Assembly (NCBI GenBank): GCA_016297265.1
Contig: JAEDHB010000001.1
Span: 79,681-143,680, forward strand
Source: Butyrivibrio sp.
GTDB taxonomy: Bacteria > Bacillota > Clostridia > Lachnospirales > Lachnospiraceae
Length of the DNA: 64,000 nucleotides
Reading direction: 5' to 3'
Position 1 is the first letter of the stretch. Each line of letters starts with the position of its first letter. A model generated the notes under the pieces. The model saw nothing but the letters and a program-made list of their open reading frames with translations, was not told the DNA's origin and searched no databases. A program made the position numbers and the translations under genes. Positions 1-10,331 of this stretch are shown piece after piece.

Positions 1-789
1 GGCATCCTTTTCAGCCTGTGCCTGTATCTTGAGGGTTTCAGCTGCTATTTTTGCGGCATCCTGCTCAGCCTGCGCCTCAACAGATTTCTGTTTTGCTTCA
101 GTCTTTGTCTTCAAAAGCTCCTGTTCCGCAGTTTCAACGGCTTTTTTTGCAACTGCTTCCGCAGTGATTGCCTGTTCGATTTCAGCTCCCGCATCCATAT
201 CCGTGATGGAAATACTGTAGAATTCCACACCGTATTTTGCCAGCTCCGTCGTGAGATTCTTTTCAAGGCTTGAATATATATCAGGTCTCTTTTCGCCGAG
301 TATGTCCATGACATTATATTTTGTTGTGATAAGCTCCAAAACCCTCTGGGTTGTAGGAATTATGAGGGAATTGGACATATTGTCGAGTGTTTTGTACTGT
401 TTGTAAATCAGGTGCGCATCCTTTGTATTAACCCTGTATTTGATGTCGAGCTGACTGTTTACAAACTGCGAATCCTTGGTCTGTGTTGTTAGATTTGTAA
501 CGGATTTAGTCTGTACCTCAGTGCTTATCATATACACCTGGTCAAAAGGACTTTTTGAATGAAATCCTTCTGATAAAACACTTTCCGATGTGCCCTTAAA
601 TGGCGAATACACGATACCCACGCAGTTTGCAGGCACCTTGGTGATAAAGGCAGGAATTAATGCTGCAAATCCAACGATTGACAGTATCTGAAGAGGAGAA
701 AAGAATTTCTTTCCTCTGCTTTTATTCAGAACTCCGAGTCCGATAAAAATAATAAGTGCTAAAATAAATCCTAATGCTAAAAATCCCAT
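1..789 (-). CDS. SPFH/Band 7/prohibitin-family membrane protein (3' end runs off the window)
   Basis: Not in the ORF track. Read by hand: ATG at 789 after GGAGG, MGFLALGFILALIIFIGLG (TM), then ITKVPANCVGIVYSPFKG...EGFHSKSPFDQV...QTKDSQFVNSQLDIKYRV, typical of SPFH, with an Ala/Glu/Gln-rich coiled coil near position 1. Confidence 0.85.
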   Translation of the reverse strand, partial: MGFLALGFILALIIFIGLGVLNKSRGKKFFSPLQILSIVGFAALIPAFITKVPANCVGIVYSPFKGTSESVLSEGFHSKSPFDQVYMISTEVQTKSVTNLTTQTKDSQFVNSQLDIKYRVNTKDAHLIYKQYKTLDNMSNSLIIPTTQRVLELITTKYNVMDILGEKRPDIYSSLEKNLTTELAKYGVEFYSISITDMDAGAEIEQAITAEAVAKKAVETAEQELLKTKTEAKQKSVEAQAEQDAAKIAAETLKIQAQAEKDA

Positions 790-804
790 AAATATCCTCC
801 TGTG

Positions 805-1971
805 TTATTCTTTTAATAAATCCCTGAGCGGGCGTTTTATTTTTTTTCTTGTGATTTCCATTAAACCAAGCTTTGTATATCCGAGAACATTGCATTTAAC
901 ATAATCCTTGTCCAGATATTCCTTCATTACTCTCTCAACTTCGATTATGTAATCTTTGCCGGTCATATTGATAAAATCAACAATGATTATTCCGGAAATA
1001 TTGCGAAGAATCAGCTGTCTGGCAATCTCTCTGCATGCTTCAACATTGGTTCTGTATACAGTGTCATCCTTAGCTTTGAGATTCCGGCTGAATTTTCCCG
1101 TATTGACATCAATTACCGTAAGGGCCTCAGTAGGTTCAATGATTAAATAACCTCCTGAAGGGAGCCATACTTTTTTATCCAAAGCTTTTCCGATGCGTCC
1201 TTCAATATCATAAGCCTTACAAAGTGTCCAGTCATCCTCATACAATCTCGTAAGATTTTTTAACGGAGTCATCAAAAAATAATCATACACCTCTTTTACA
1301 TCGGTGACTATCTCATCCCCCGGCTCCAGCTTGCATGACAGGGCGTCCGCATATAAAGGCGACTCACTTTGCCTGATTAAGGAAAATGCCGTTCTCGTTG
1401 CAGCGGTCTTAATCATATCAAAATATTCATCGCACAAAGCATTTGCCTCGGCAAGAATATCTTCATTATCAGCTTCTTTGCTCTCTGTTCTCAGAATAAA
1501 ACCGAAGTGTTTATTAACCATCGGCAGAAGCATCGAACGCAATTCCTCGCAGCGGTTTTTATTGGTGATTTTTTTGGAAATACCCACATGCCCCGTATTT
1601 TCCCCTGTAAGGCACAAATACAAGCCGTTAAGGCTTATGTTACAGGAACACAGAGGTGCTTTGGTATCGGTTCCCTCTTTCTTGATTTGAACCAGTATCA
1701 GATCCCCCTGACATACGGCATTGTTGTTTTTCCTGTTTAGAAAAATCGGATTTCTGTTATCCGCCAGCGAAAAAAAGCATACAACCTTTGGTGCTATTTC
1801 AACAAAGGCAGCACCAATATTTGCAACCACATCGCGGACTCTTCCGACATAAATATTGTTGATAATATTGCTTTTTTCTGCGTCATATAATTCTATGCGG
1901 TTTTCCTTATTTTCATTGAAGAGCATAGAAACTGTTTTGTTATTATATTTTGTTATTACAAGTTTTTTCAT
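805..1971 (-). CDS. rng: Ribonuclease E/G family protein
   Basis: S1 region NIYVGRV..V..IGAAFV; catalytic region GGYLIIEPTEALTVIDVNTG and LRNISGIIIVDFINM. Confidence 0.9.
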   Translation of the reverse strand: MKKLVITKYNNKTVSMLFNENKENRIELYDAEKSNIINNIYVGRVRDVVANIGAAFVEIAPKVVCFFSLADNRNPIFLNRKNNNAVCQGDLILVQIKKEGTDTKAPLCSCNISLNGLYLCLTGENTGHVGISKKITNKNRCEELRSMLLPMVNKHFGFILRTESKEADNEDILAEANALCDEYFDMIKTAATRTAFSLIRQSESPLYADALSCKLEPGDEIVTDVKEVYDYFLMTPLKNLTRLYEDDWTLCKAYDIEGRIGKALDKKVWLPSGGYLIIEPTEALTVIDVNTGKFSRNLKAKDDTVYRTNVEACREIARQLILRNISGIIIVDFINMTGKDYIIEVERVMKEYLDKDYVKCNVLGYTKLGLMEITRKKIKRPLRDLLKE

Positions 1972-1977
1972 AATTCA

Positions 1978-3018
1978 CTAGATAATTGTCCGGAAAAAAC
2001 ATGAGTGTGCACCGGTATGACATGCCGCTCCAACCTGTTTTACGGTTGCGAGAATTGTGTCACTGTCACAATCAAGTTTAAGGCTCTTTACATATTGCAT
2101 ATGTCCTGATGTAAGGCCTTTTACCCATATTTCATTGCGGCTTCTGCTGTAATAGGTCATCATTCCCGTATTTAGAGTAAGGTTGTACGCTTCCTCATTC
2201 ATATAGGCAACCATAAGTACCTCGTTGGTATCTTCCTCCTGAACCACTACAGGAATCATTCCGTCACTGTTAAGCTTGAATTCCGAAAACGGAATCGGTT
2301 CTTTCTCGACCTCAAGAACTGCCTGACGCACATCAATTTTTTTCTCATAGATGGCCTTGCCCATAATTGCTCCGGAAATACCGGCGTTCTTAAGTGCTAT
2401 AAGGTCCTTTATTGAGGATACACCGCCGGATGCAATCACATCAAGGCCGGTTTCTTCCGTGAGTTTTTTTGTCATTTCAATATTGGGACCGGCAAGCATG
2501 CCGTCCTTGGAAATATCGGTATAGACAATATGTTTTACGCCCATTTCCTTCATGGCACGGCACATTGATGTGGCAGTTTTATCGGAGAGCTGCCCCCAGC
2601 CTTCAACCGCAACCATGCCATCCCTGGCATCCACGCCAACAACAATATGATTTGCTCCAAAGCGCTGTATTGCTTCCTTCACAAATCCAGGATCGCTGAC
2701 CGCTTTTGTTCCGATGATTACTCTTGCAATGCCATAAGAAAGAACTCTCTCGATGTCGGCAAAGCTTCTGATTCCACCGCCCAATTCACATGGAATATCA
2801 ACGGAATCAACTATTCTTCTGATGGTGGCTTCGTTCACTGAACGCCCCTTTAATGCACCGTCAAGGTCAACAAGATGGATAAAGGATGCTCCGCATCTCT
2901 CAAAATCCTTTGCAATATTCCAAGGTTCATCGGAATATACGGTGATTTCCTTGAATTCACCCTGTTTCAATCTGACACATTTTCCATCCTTTAAATCTAT
3001 AGCCGGATATAACTTCAC
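1978..3018 (-). CDS. hisA-hisI: Fused HisA (ProFAR isomerase) and HisI (phosphoribosyl-AMP cyclohydrolase)
   Basis: N-terminal [33 protein letters not shown] (HisA); C-terminal [35 protein letters not shown] (HisI). Confidence 0.92.
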   Translation of the reverse strand: MKLYPAIDLKDGKCVRLKQGEFKEITVYSDEPWNIAKDFERCGASFIHLVDLDGALKGRSVNEATIRRIVDSVDIPCELGGGIRSFADIERVLSYGIARVIIGTKAVSDPGFVKEAIQRFGANHIVVGVDARDGMVAVEGWGQLSDKTATSMCRAMKEMGVKHIVYTDISKDGMLAGPNIEMTKKLTEETGLDVIASGGVSSIKDLIALKNAGISGAIMGKAIYEKKIDVRQAVLEVEKEPIPFSEFKLNSDGMIPVVVQEEDTNEVLMVAYMNEEAYNLTLNTGMMTYYSRSRNEIWVKGLTSGHMQYVKSLKLDCDSDTILATVKQVGAACHTGAHSCFFRTII

Positions 3019-3605
3019 TATAATGCTCCTTTCGTAGAAGGCAGGCCTTCAACTCTTGTATCAATTGCTGTTGCTTCATCCAAAGCTCTGGCAAAAGCCT
3101 TGAACATTGCTTCAATGATGTGATGTGCGTTTTCGCCGTACATCTCTTTGATATGTAAATTCATACCTGCTGAATAGGATACTGCATAGAAAAATTCTTT
3201 TGCCATCTCAGTATCAAAATATCCCACTCTGTCAGTCTTAAAATCTGCATCATATACAAGATAAGGTCTTCCGGATAAGTCTATTGCACAAAGAACAAGT
3301 GTCTCATCCATAGGGAGCATAAACGAGCCATATCTTCTGATGGATTTTTTAGTTCCGAGTGCTTTCTTAATTGCCTCACCAAGGACAATTCCCGTATCCT
3401 CGATTGTATGGTGGCAGTCCACATGCAAATCACCTTCAACCTTGATATTGAGGTCAAAAAGCCCGTGTCTTGCAAAGCTGTTCAACATATGGTCAAAAAA
3501 ACCGATTCCGGTATCCACATTTGACTTTCCTGTTCCGTCAATATTGATGCTCAATTCAATATTGGTTTCTGCCGTTTTTCTCGTAAATTTCGCTGTTCTG
3601 CTCAT
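3018..3605 (-). CDS. hisB: Imidazoleglycerol-phosphate dehydratase
   Basis: [34 protein letters not shown]. Confidence 0.97.
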   Translation of the reverse strand: MSRTAKFTRKTAETNIELSINIDGTGKSNVDTGIGFFDHMLNSFARHGLFDLNIKVEGDLHVDCHHTIEDTGIVLGEAIKKALGTKKSIRRYGSFMLPMDETLVLCAIDLSGRPYLVYDADFKTDRVGYFDTEMAKEFFYAVSYSAGMNLHIKEMYGENAHHIIEAMFKAFARALDEATAIDTRVEGLPSTKGAL

Positions 3606-3617
3606 AGCGTTCCCCCT

Positions 3618-4907
3618 TTATTCAAATCTGACTTTGATTGAATTTGCGTGTGCTGTCAAGCCTTCTGCCTCTGCAAAAGCTTCAATATCCTCATGAATCT
3701 CTGCAAGTGCTTCACGCGAATATGAAATAATGCTTGATTTCTTGACGAAAGCATCAACCTCAAGAGGTGAAAAGAATTTTGCCGTACCATTGGTAGGAAG
3801 AACATGGTTAGGTCCTGCAAAATAATCTCCGAGAGGCTCTGATGAGTATTCCCCAAGGAAAATAGCACCTGCGTTCTTTATTTTTGTCATAGTCTGGAAC
3901 GGATCCTTAGTAACCAGTTCAAGATGTTCCGAAGCAATTTCATTGACTACATCAATAGCTTCATCCATATTCTTTGCAATAAGAATATATCCATAGTTTT
4001 CGATTGATTTCTCCATTATTTCTTTTCTGGAGAGTTCATTCAGGAATTTTGTTATCTCATCATTGACTGCGGTTGCAATTTCCTTTGAAGTAGTAACAAG
4101 AATTGCTGATGCAAGCTCATCATGCTCCGCCTGGGACAAGAGATCAGCGGCAACAAATCTTGGATTAGCACTTTCATCCGCAAGAACCATAATCTCACTC
4201 GGTCCGGCGATGGAATCAATACCAACCTGTCCGTAAACTGCTTTTTTTGCAAGAGCAACATAGATATTGCCGGGACCTACAATCTTGTCAACCTTAGGAA
4301 TGGATTCAGTCCCGTATGCCATTGCCGCTATTGCCTGTGCGCCGCCCACCTTGTAGATAACATCAACGCCTGCTTCATTTGCTGCAACAAGTGTACCGCA
4401 GTAAATCTTTCCGTCCTTTCCCGGAGGAGTACACATGATAATCTCTTCCACACCTGCAATCTTTGCAGGCATAACATTCATAAGTACTGATGAAGGATAT
4501 GCAGCTTTACCACCCGGTACATACACGCCCGCTCTTGACAGCGGGGTGATTTTCTGACCAAGAATTGTTCCGTCCGGAGTTGTATCAAACCAGCTGTTTC
4601 TTTTCTGTTTCTGGTGATAATTATTGATATTAACCAGAGATTTTCTGATAATTTCCACAAGCTTAGGGTCAATCTCACGATATGCCTCTTCAATCTCCTC
4701 TTTTGTGACAACGATATTGTCCTTATTCAGATTAAAGCCGTCAAATCTGGCGGTATAGTCAAATACAGCCTTATCCCTGTTAGCCTTGATATCCTCGATT
4801 ATGGCATTAACCCTGCCCTCAAATTCTCCGTAACTGTTTGGATTTCTCTTAAGAAGATTCTCCAGAATGTTATTTTTTGTATCTTCATTTAACTCAAGTA
4901 TTCTCAC
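3618..4907 (-). CDS. hisD: Histidinol dehydrogenase
   Basis: GVYVPGG, GPGNIYV, AGPSE, QAEHD, GDYFAGPNHVLPT; GTG start. Confidence 0.97.
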   Translation of the reverse strand: MRILELNEDTKNNILENLLKRNPNSYGEFEGRVNAIIEDIKANRDKAVFDYTARFDGFNLNKDNIVVTKEEIEEAYREIDPKLVEIIRKSLVNINNYHQKQKRNSWFDTTPDGTILGQKITPLSRAGVYVPGGKAAYPSSVLMNVMPAKIAGVEEIIMCTPPGKDGKIYCGTLVAANEAGVDVIYKVGGAQAIAAMAYGTESIPKVDKIVGPGNIYVALAKKAVYGQVGIDSIAGPSEIMVLADESANPRFVAADLLSQAEHDELASAILVTTSKEIATAVNDEITKFLNELSRKEIMEKSIENYGYILIAKNMDEAIDVVNEIASEHLELVTKDPFQTMTKIKNAGAIFLGEYSSEPLGDYFAGPNHVLPTNGTAKFFSPLEVDAFVKKSSIISYSREALAEIHEDIEAFAEAEGLTAHANSIKVRFE

Positions 4908-4909
4908 AA

Positions 4910-5560
4910 TTATACCTCCAAAGCATCCGCTTTCTGTCTCAACTTACTGATAATATCCGTAATTCTTGTTTTTTCCATCTTCATACTGACCTGATTGACA
5001 ACAATTCTTGCCGAAAGGTCACAAATTTCTTCAAGAACCTGCAAACCATTTTCCCTCAATGTTGCGCCCGTCTCAACGATATCCACAATAACCTCTGAAA
5101 GACCAACAATCGGTGCAAGTTCAACAGAGCCGTTAAGCTTGATAATCTCAACAGTCTGATGTTTTACATTGTAAAAATAATCCTTGGCAATATGAGGATA
5201 TTTTGAAGCCACTCTGATGAGCTCATGATTCTGTAAAAGTTCTCTGGCACTTTCCGGACCGCAGATACACATTTTGCATTTGCCGATTCCCAAATCATAG
5301 ACCTCATAAAGCTTTCTGCCCTCTTCAAGAATTGTATCCCTTCCCACGATTCCAACATCTGCAGCCCCGTATTCCACATAGGTCGGAACATCGCTGGCCT
5401 TTGCAAGGAAAAATTTAAGTCCCAGTTCCTCGTTGACGAAGATGAGCTTTCTGGTCTTCTCGTCCTTCATCTCTTCACAGGTAATTCCTATTTCTTCAAG
5501 CATAGCCATAGCCTTCCTGGCAAGCCTTCCCTTGGCTAATGCAAAAGTAATATATCTCAT
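4910..5560 (-). CDS. hisG: ATP phosphoribosyltransferase, short form
   Basis: ALAKGRL, DVPTYVEYGAAD, GSVELAP, DIVETGATL; 216 aa; next to hisZ. Confidence 0.96.
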   Translation of the reverse strand: MRYITFALAKGRLARKAMAMLEEIGITCEEMKDEKTRKLIFVNEELGLKFFLAKASDVPTYVEYGAADVGIVGRDTILEEGRKLYEVYDLGIGKCKMCICGPESARELLQNHELIRVASKYPHIAKDYFYNVKHQTVEIIKLNGSVELAPIVGLSEVIVDIVETGATLRENGLQVLEEICDLSARIVVNQVSMKMEKTRITDIISKLRQKADALEV

Positions 5561-5581
5561 ATCAATACCATGCCTTTCAAT

Positions 5582-6739
5582 TTACTCTACAGAAATAATT
5601 TCATCATATTTATCAGCACTGTCGGCCGGAATATTTTTCATCATTTCAACGGCAATTCCCCTGCTTCTCATATCCTTTGCAATGGAAATTGCCTTCACAA
5701 GATTTTCACTGCCATACACAAGCAGTTTAAGCTGCTTTCTGGAATCAATGTCAATATTCTGTCTCATAACTGCCTGATGCAGAAAATCAATTGTGATACA
5801 AAAACCGATTGATGCACATTCCTTTCCGAACTGTCCGATAAGCTTGTCATAACGACCTCCGTTTGCTATCGGCTCGCCCACATCATAGGTATACGCCTTG
5901 AAAATAACACCTGTATAATAATCAAGTTCGCTCAACATTCCAAGGTCAAAGGTCACATACTTTTCAAATCCGTAAGCCTTAATTATCTCATATACCTTGA
6001 GCAGATGTTCAATTGCATCAAGTGAAATACTGTTGCCGGCAAGGAGTTTTGCTTTTTCAAGCACATCAATGTCGCCAAAAAGTGTAGGCAGCATATTGAG
6101 GCATTCCTCAACATTCTCGGATACATTTGTATTTTTAAGTACATCACTGATGCGAAAAATATTTTTGTTAAGAATAACCTCTCTGAGAACGCTCTCACCT
6201 TCCGCGTCAAGACCTGCTTCATTGACCAGGCCCTTGAAAAAACCGATATGTCCAACCTCTACCTGAAATTCAGTAAGTCCTGAACTCAATATGGACTCAA
6301 TCAAAAGAGCAATCATCTCAGCGTCCGCCTCGATTGATGCATCGCCAATCAACTCGCAGCCCGCCTGGGTGGTCTCCTTAAGTCGTCCCTGATACCTCGA
6401 ATTGTTGATATATGTGTCTCCCAGATAACACAATCTTATCGCATCCTCCGTATTTGCAAAATATTTTGCAGCACATCTTGCAATTGAAGGTGTCATATCC
6501 GGTCTGAGCACCAGCGTGTTGCCCTCCCTGTCAAAAAACTTGAACATATTCTTGGAAGCAACGGAACCTCTTTCTTTATTAAAAATATCAAAAAACTCAA
6601 ATCCCGGAGTCTTGATATCCTGATAGCCGTATGAATTAATAACTTTTCTTAATCTGTCCTGAAGCACCAGACGATCTGAGTATTCCTCATTGTAGATATC
6701 CCTGACACCTTCCGGCGTATGTAATAACTGATTTTTCAT
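5582..6739 (-). CDS. hisZ: ATP phosphoribosyltransferase regulatory subunit
   Basis: HTPEGVRD, LRPDMT, YYTGVIF, GGRYD (HisRS-like); precedes short hisG. Confidence 0.95.
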   Translation of the reverse strand: MKNQLLHTPEGVRDIYNEEYSDRLVLQDRLRKVINSYGYQDIKTPGFEFFDIFNKERGSVASKNMFKFFDREGNTLVLRPDMTPSIARCAAKYFANTEDAIRLCYLGDTYINNSRYQGRLKETTQAGCELIGDASIEADAEMIALLIESILSSGLTEFQVEVGHIGFFKGLVNEAGLDAEGESVLREVILNKNIFRISDVLKNTNVSENVEECLNMLPTLFGDIDVLEKAKLLAGNSISLDAIEHLLKVYEIIKAYGFEKYVTFDLGMLSELDYYTGVIFKAYTYDVGEPIANGGRYDKLIGQFGKECASIGFCITIDFLHQAVMRQNIDIDSRKQLKLLVYGSENLVKAISIAKDMRSRGIAVEMMKNIPADSADKYDEIISVE

Positions 6740-6753
6740 AATTACCTCGCTTT

Positions 6754-6773
6754 TGCTTTATTGTGGTAAATCA
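6754..6773. promoter_or_regulatory. Putative HisR (YerC/TrpR-like) operator
   Basis: TGCTTTATTGTGGTAAATCA has the CTTTA-N6-TAAA core of the HisR palindrome; lies between the his promoter and the hisZ RBS. Confidence 0.55.
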
Positions 6774-6793
6774 CTAACTTGCTAACACACGAA

Positions 6794-6822
6794 ACTATAC
6801 CATACCTGGATTTATATGTCAA
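6794..6822 (-). promoter_or_regulatory. Sigma-A promoter of the his operon
   Basis: TTGACA-17 bp-TATAGT with extended -10 TG. Confidence 0.75.
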
Positions 6823-6825
6823 CAG

Positions 6826-7356
6826 CTAATCTTCTCTTGTTTCAAGGTCCATCTGCAGTTGTTCAAGATAATGAAGCACCACACCTTTTTTCTGCCGGAT
6901 GATATAGTCCCTGTTAATTTCTTCATATTTGAAATGTTTGATGCCTCCGTTTTTTGCCCTGCTGTAGAACTTATCAACATCACAGAAGGGAATATAATAT
7001 TTTTCATCGCGATGCGTGTAAAATATTATCAAAAATGCTATTCCGCCCTGTTTTTCAAAATCCCGCATAAAACTATACTGATGCTCATGAAGATTCTGTA
7101 ATGCAAAATTGTCCCGGTTGCACTCCTTCGCATCAAAGCATACAGGAATCCCCTGAACATTTCCGATGTAGTCGACGGTACTCTTCTGGTCAAAATATGC
7201 CAGGGTAATATGTCTCGACTCCTTATCTATTGTAATTGGTGTTATTGGCGTCGGCACCTTCTGAATCAGGGCAAGTCCTTTTTCACGATAAATCTCATTG
7301 CTCATATTTATCATTTCTTCCAGAACCGAGCCTCGCAAACCTCTTGATTCCGCCAT
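6826..7356 (-). CDS. recU: Holliday junction resolvase RecU
   Basis: RGLRGSVLEE, IQKVPTP, STVDYIG, FDAKE, HEHQ. Confidence 0.93.
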   Translation of the reverse strand: MAESRGLRGSVLEEMINMSNEIYREKGLALIQKVPTPITPITIDKESRHITLAYFDQKSTVDYIGNVQGIPVCFDAKECNRDNFALQNLHEHQYSFMRDFEKQGGIAFLIIFYTHRDEKYYIPFCDVDKFYSRAKNGGIKHFKYEEINRDYIIRQKKGVVLHYLEQLQMDLETRED

Positions 7357-7357
7357 G

Positions 7358-8311
7358 TCATACCTCGTTGAAAAATTTTTTGAAGGCCTCAGGATAATCT
7401 GTCCTGAAGGTCTTTCCGCTTATTCCTTCATAACCGTCTTCCATCTCAGGAAAAACAAGCTCATAGGAATGTAACATCTGATATTTTATTCTGTATTTTG
7501 CATTAACCCCTGTGTCCCCATATTTTGGGTCCCCCAGGATGCTGTGTCCGATGGAAGCAAGATGTGCCCTTATCTGATGTGTTTTACCGGTGATGAGTTC
7601 CACCTTGAGAAGGGTGAACTCTTCATTGCTTTGCAGCGGAAAATAAGCCGTCTCAATCCCGTCCCGGTTTGCATCAGTGTTTTTTTCGGTAATGCTGACT
7701 ATGTTGGTTCTTTTATCCTTGAAAAGATAGCCATTTATCCTTGCAGGCTCATCTATTTTTCCATTGACAATTGCAAGATAGTATTTGTGCAGGGTACGAT
7801 TTTTGAGTAATTCTGACATCTTCTGAAGGCCTTTTAGGGATTTGCCGGCAATCATCATTCCGGAGGTATTTCTATCCAGTCTGTTGCAAAATGCCGGTTT
7901 AAAGGTGTTGTATGAATTTGCGTCAACTCCGCCATCAAGAAGATAATTCAATAGAATTTCATTCATCGATATATCGGAAGGTTTTGATTTCTGTGACAGT
8001 ATACCATAGGGTTTGTCAGCCAGAATGATATTTTCATCCTCATAGATAACCTTGAGTTTCTGTGAAGTTTCGGTTATGCTGCAGATATTTTTAGCCGAAA
8101 ACTTATCAATGGTCTCCTCAGACATGAATATTTTTACAATGTCATCGCAGTTTAAAATTTCATTTCCCTTCGCTTTATGGTTGTTAAGCGTTATATTTTT
8201 GTTGCGAAGCTGTTTGTATATAAGCGAGGTCTGTGCGTTTTTCAACAGCTTGAAAAGATATTTGTCCAGCCTCTGACCTGCTTCGTTATTGCCTATTTTG
8301 TATTCTCTCAT
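7358..8311 (-). CDS. RluA/RluC-family pseudouridine synthase with S4 domain
   Basis: QRLDKYL S4 domain; NRLDRNTSG; TGKTHQIRAHL; GDPKYG. Confidence 0.92.
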   Translation of the reverse strand: MREYKIGNNEAGQRLDKYLFKLLKNAQTSLIYKQLRNKNITLNNHKAKGNEILNCDDIVKIFMSEETIDKFSAKNICSITETSQKLKVIYEDENIILADKPYGILSQKSKPSDISMNEILLNYLLDGGVDANSYNTFKPAFCNRLDRNTSGMMIAGKSLKGLQKMSELLKNRTLHKYYLAIVNGKIDEPARINGYLFKDKRTNIVSITEKNTDANRDGIETAYFPLQSNEEFTLLKVELITGKTHQIRAHLASIGHSILGDPKYGDTGVNAKYRIKYQMLHSYELVFPEMEDGYEGISGKTFRTDYPEAFKKFFNEV

Positions 8312-8313
8312 AA

Positions 8314-8895
8314 TCAGATACTCATAATTGATATTTTTTCAAAAACAGTCTGTACATGTTCCAGCTGTTCTTCGCTTAATTCGGAATTCCTGCCGGCAAG
8401 ATATACTGCTTTCTTTTCAAACTGCTTTAAATCAGTATAAAGCTTGACTCTTGCATCATAATCGTAATAGTTTAGGAAATTGGTTACACCCTTTTCGAAT
8501 TTATCTGTGTCGACCTTTTCCTGTTTTTGTGTATATGCAATTATATTCTCATCCTTGTCAATCAAAAGGTACAATATTTCAAAGCTCTTTTCCATGGCTG
8601 TGATAACAAGCTCACAGTAAAGGGGAAGCGGATTGACCTTTTTGCTGAGTGCTTCAAATTCCTCGGGAACCACATTGTTTTTCCAGGATACCATAAGATA
8701 TTGCACAAATACCTTTGCAGTCGGAAGAACAACAATTACCGCAGGTATTGTAAAATAATTCTTTGGGGTCTGGTAAATCGCATATCCGATGATAAATATA
8801 ATCGCCATAAGAAGAAAACCGCTGAGGGATGCAAATCCCAATTTCAGCTTGCGGCTTCGCATATATCCCGGCTGGCCTTTGTATATTTTTTTCAT
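8314..8895 (-). CDS. Hypothetical membrane protein (two N-terminal TM segments)
   Basis: 193-aa ORF tightly packed in the operon; two hydrophobic stretches. Confidence 0.75.
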   Translation of the reverse strand: MKKIYKGQPGYMRSRKLKLGFASLSGFLLMAIIFIIGYAIYQTPKNYFTIPAVIVVLPTAKVFVQYLMVSWKNNVVPEEFEALSKKVNPLPLYCELVITAMEKSFEILYLLIDKDENIIAYTQKQEKVDTDKFEKGVTNFLNYYDYDARVKLYTDLKQFEKKAVYLAGRNSELSEEQLEHVQTVFEKISIMSI

Positions 8896-8898
8896 AGT

Positions 8899-9651
8899 TT
8901 ACTCCTTAAATATCTTCATAATCAGTTTGTCAGGTAATATCTTTGAAGCAAGATGAGCTGATTTCATTGCAGCACCGTAGACGCTTATATCATTGCCCAA
9001 TGCCGCATCCTTGATTGCCTGCGCAACCACCTTTGATGGTTCGGATAAGAGCTTTTTCTTGCTGTCAGACACCATGAGTTTTCCGGCCGCATGGAAAAAT
9101 TCCGTATCCACGGGACCCGGGCACACCGCCGTAACAGTTATCTTACGGTTCCTCAGCTCTGCATTGAGTGCTCTGGAATAATTGAGTACATACGCCTTTG
9201 TTGCTGCATAAACATTAAAATATGGCTGGGGTGCAAAGCCTGCGGAGCTTGCCACATTGATAATTCTGCTGTGGTTTGAGATATACGAAAGGCAGAGACC
9301 CGTAAACAACGTTAATGCCTTACAGTTCGTGTCTATCATCTCTCCCTGTCTCCACACATCCAGTTCATCGAACCGGCCAATCATGCCAAATCCGGCACAG
9401 TTTACAAGGAGTTTTATCTCAGGATTAAGGTCTTTTAGCATGGTCTCAAAATCCTTCATGTCCTCCATATTCGTCAAATCCATTGAGATTACCCTGACAG
9501 GCAGTCGCATCTGCCTTTCCAGTTCCATCAATCTTTCTTTTCTTCTCGCCACAATCCAGATTTCATCAAGCTTACCGTATTTTTTGTCAATCTGAATTGC
9601 AAACTCCCTTCCCATTCCGGAGGAAGCACCTGTGATAACTGCTATTTTCAT
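8899..9651 (-). CDS. Short-chain dehydrogenase/reductase
   Basis: ITGASSGMG, NCAG, YAATK. Confidence 0.92.
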   Translation of the reverse strand: MKIAVITGASSGMGREFAIQIDKKYGKLDEIWIVARRKERLMELERQMRLPVRVISMDLTNMEDMKDFETMLKDLNPEIKLLVNCAGFGMIGRFDELDVWRQGEMIDTNCKALTLFTGLCLSYISNHSRIINVASSAGFAPQPYFNVYAATKAYVLNYSRALNAELRNRKITVTAVCPGPVDTEFFHAAGKLMVSDSKKKLLSEPSKVVAQAIKDAALGNDISVYGAAMKSAHLASKILPDKLIMKIFKE

Positions 9652-9661
9652 TTTCCGCTCC

Positions 9662-10303
9662 TTAAATATCTGTAAAACTATCTATATAGTAATCCGCAAT
9701 ACGTCTCTTTTCCTTGTCTTTTGCGGCTGAGTATTCGTCATAAACTGCACAGGTTTTCATTCCGGCATTGCGTCCTGCCTGCAGACCCGCAACTATGTCC
9801 TCGAACACCAGGCATTCCTCAGGTCTTACATCGCACGCCCTTGCGCAGGCAAGGTATATATCCGGCGCAGGCTTTCCGTTGATGACATCGTCCCCGGTAA
9901 TTATGGCATCAAAATATTCATCAATCCCATGTGCCTTAAGGCAGCTCATAGCCAGCAGTCTTGAATTTGAAGTGGCGATTGCCGCCTTGATTCCTCTCTG
10001 TTTGAGTTTTGAAAGGAATTCCTTCACTCCGGGCTTGAGTTCGATTTCATTCTGATATTTGTCAAGTGCCATCTGATTCCATATTTCAATAAGCCTGTCC
10101 GCCGTCTCATCGACATCAAATCTTGTCAGAAAATATTCAGCCACCTGTCTGAAATTCATTCCGTCAAGTTCCTTCTGGAAATCAGGGTCAAAAGGAAGTC
10201 CCCTTTCCTCCAGAAAGGTCTTATCAATATCCGTCCAAACCCAGACAGAGTCTATTATTGTTCCATCCATGTCAAAACAACATGCTTTTATACCATTTAA
10301 CAT
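9662..10303 (-). CDS. HAD-family phosphatase (beta-PGM-like)
   Basis: FDMDGT, ATSN, GKPAPDIY, FED; start moved to the ATG at 10303 behind GAGG. Confidence 0.9.
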   Translation of the reverse strand: MLNGIKACCFDMDGTIIDSVWVWTDIDKTFLEERGLPFDPDFQKELDGMNFRQVAEYFLTRFDVDETADRLIEIWNQMALDKYQNEIELKPGVKEFLSKLKQRGIKAAIATSNSRLLAMSCLKAHGIDEYFDAIITGDDVINGKPAPDIYLACARACDVRPEECLVFEDIVAGLQAGRNAGMKTCAVYDEYSAAKDKEKRRIADYYIDSFTDI

Positions 10304-10331
10304 AAAATCCTCGCTATCGCCATAAAACATC

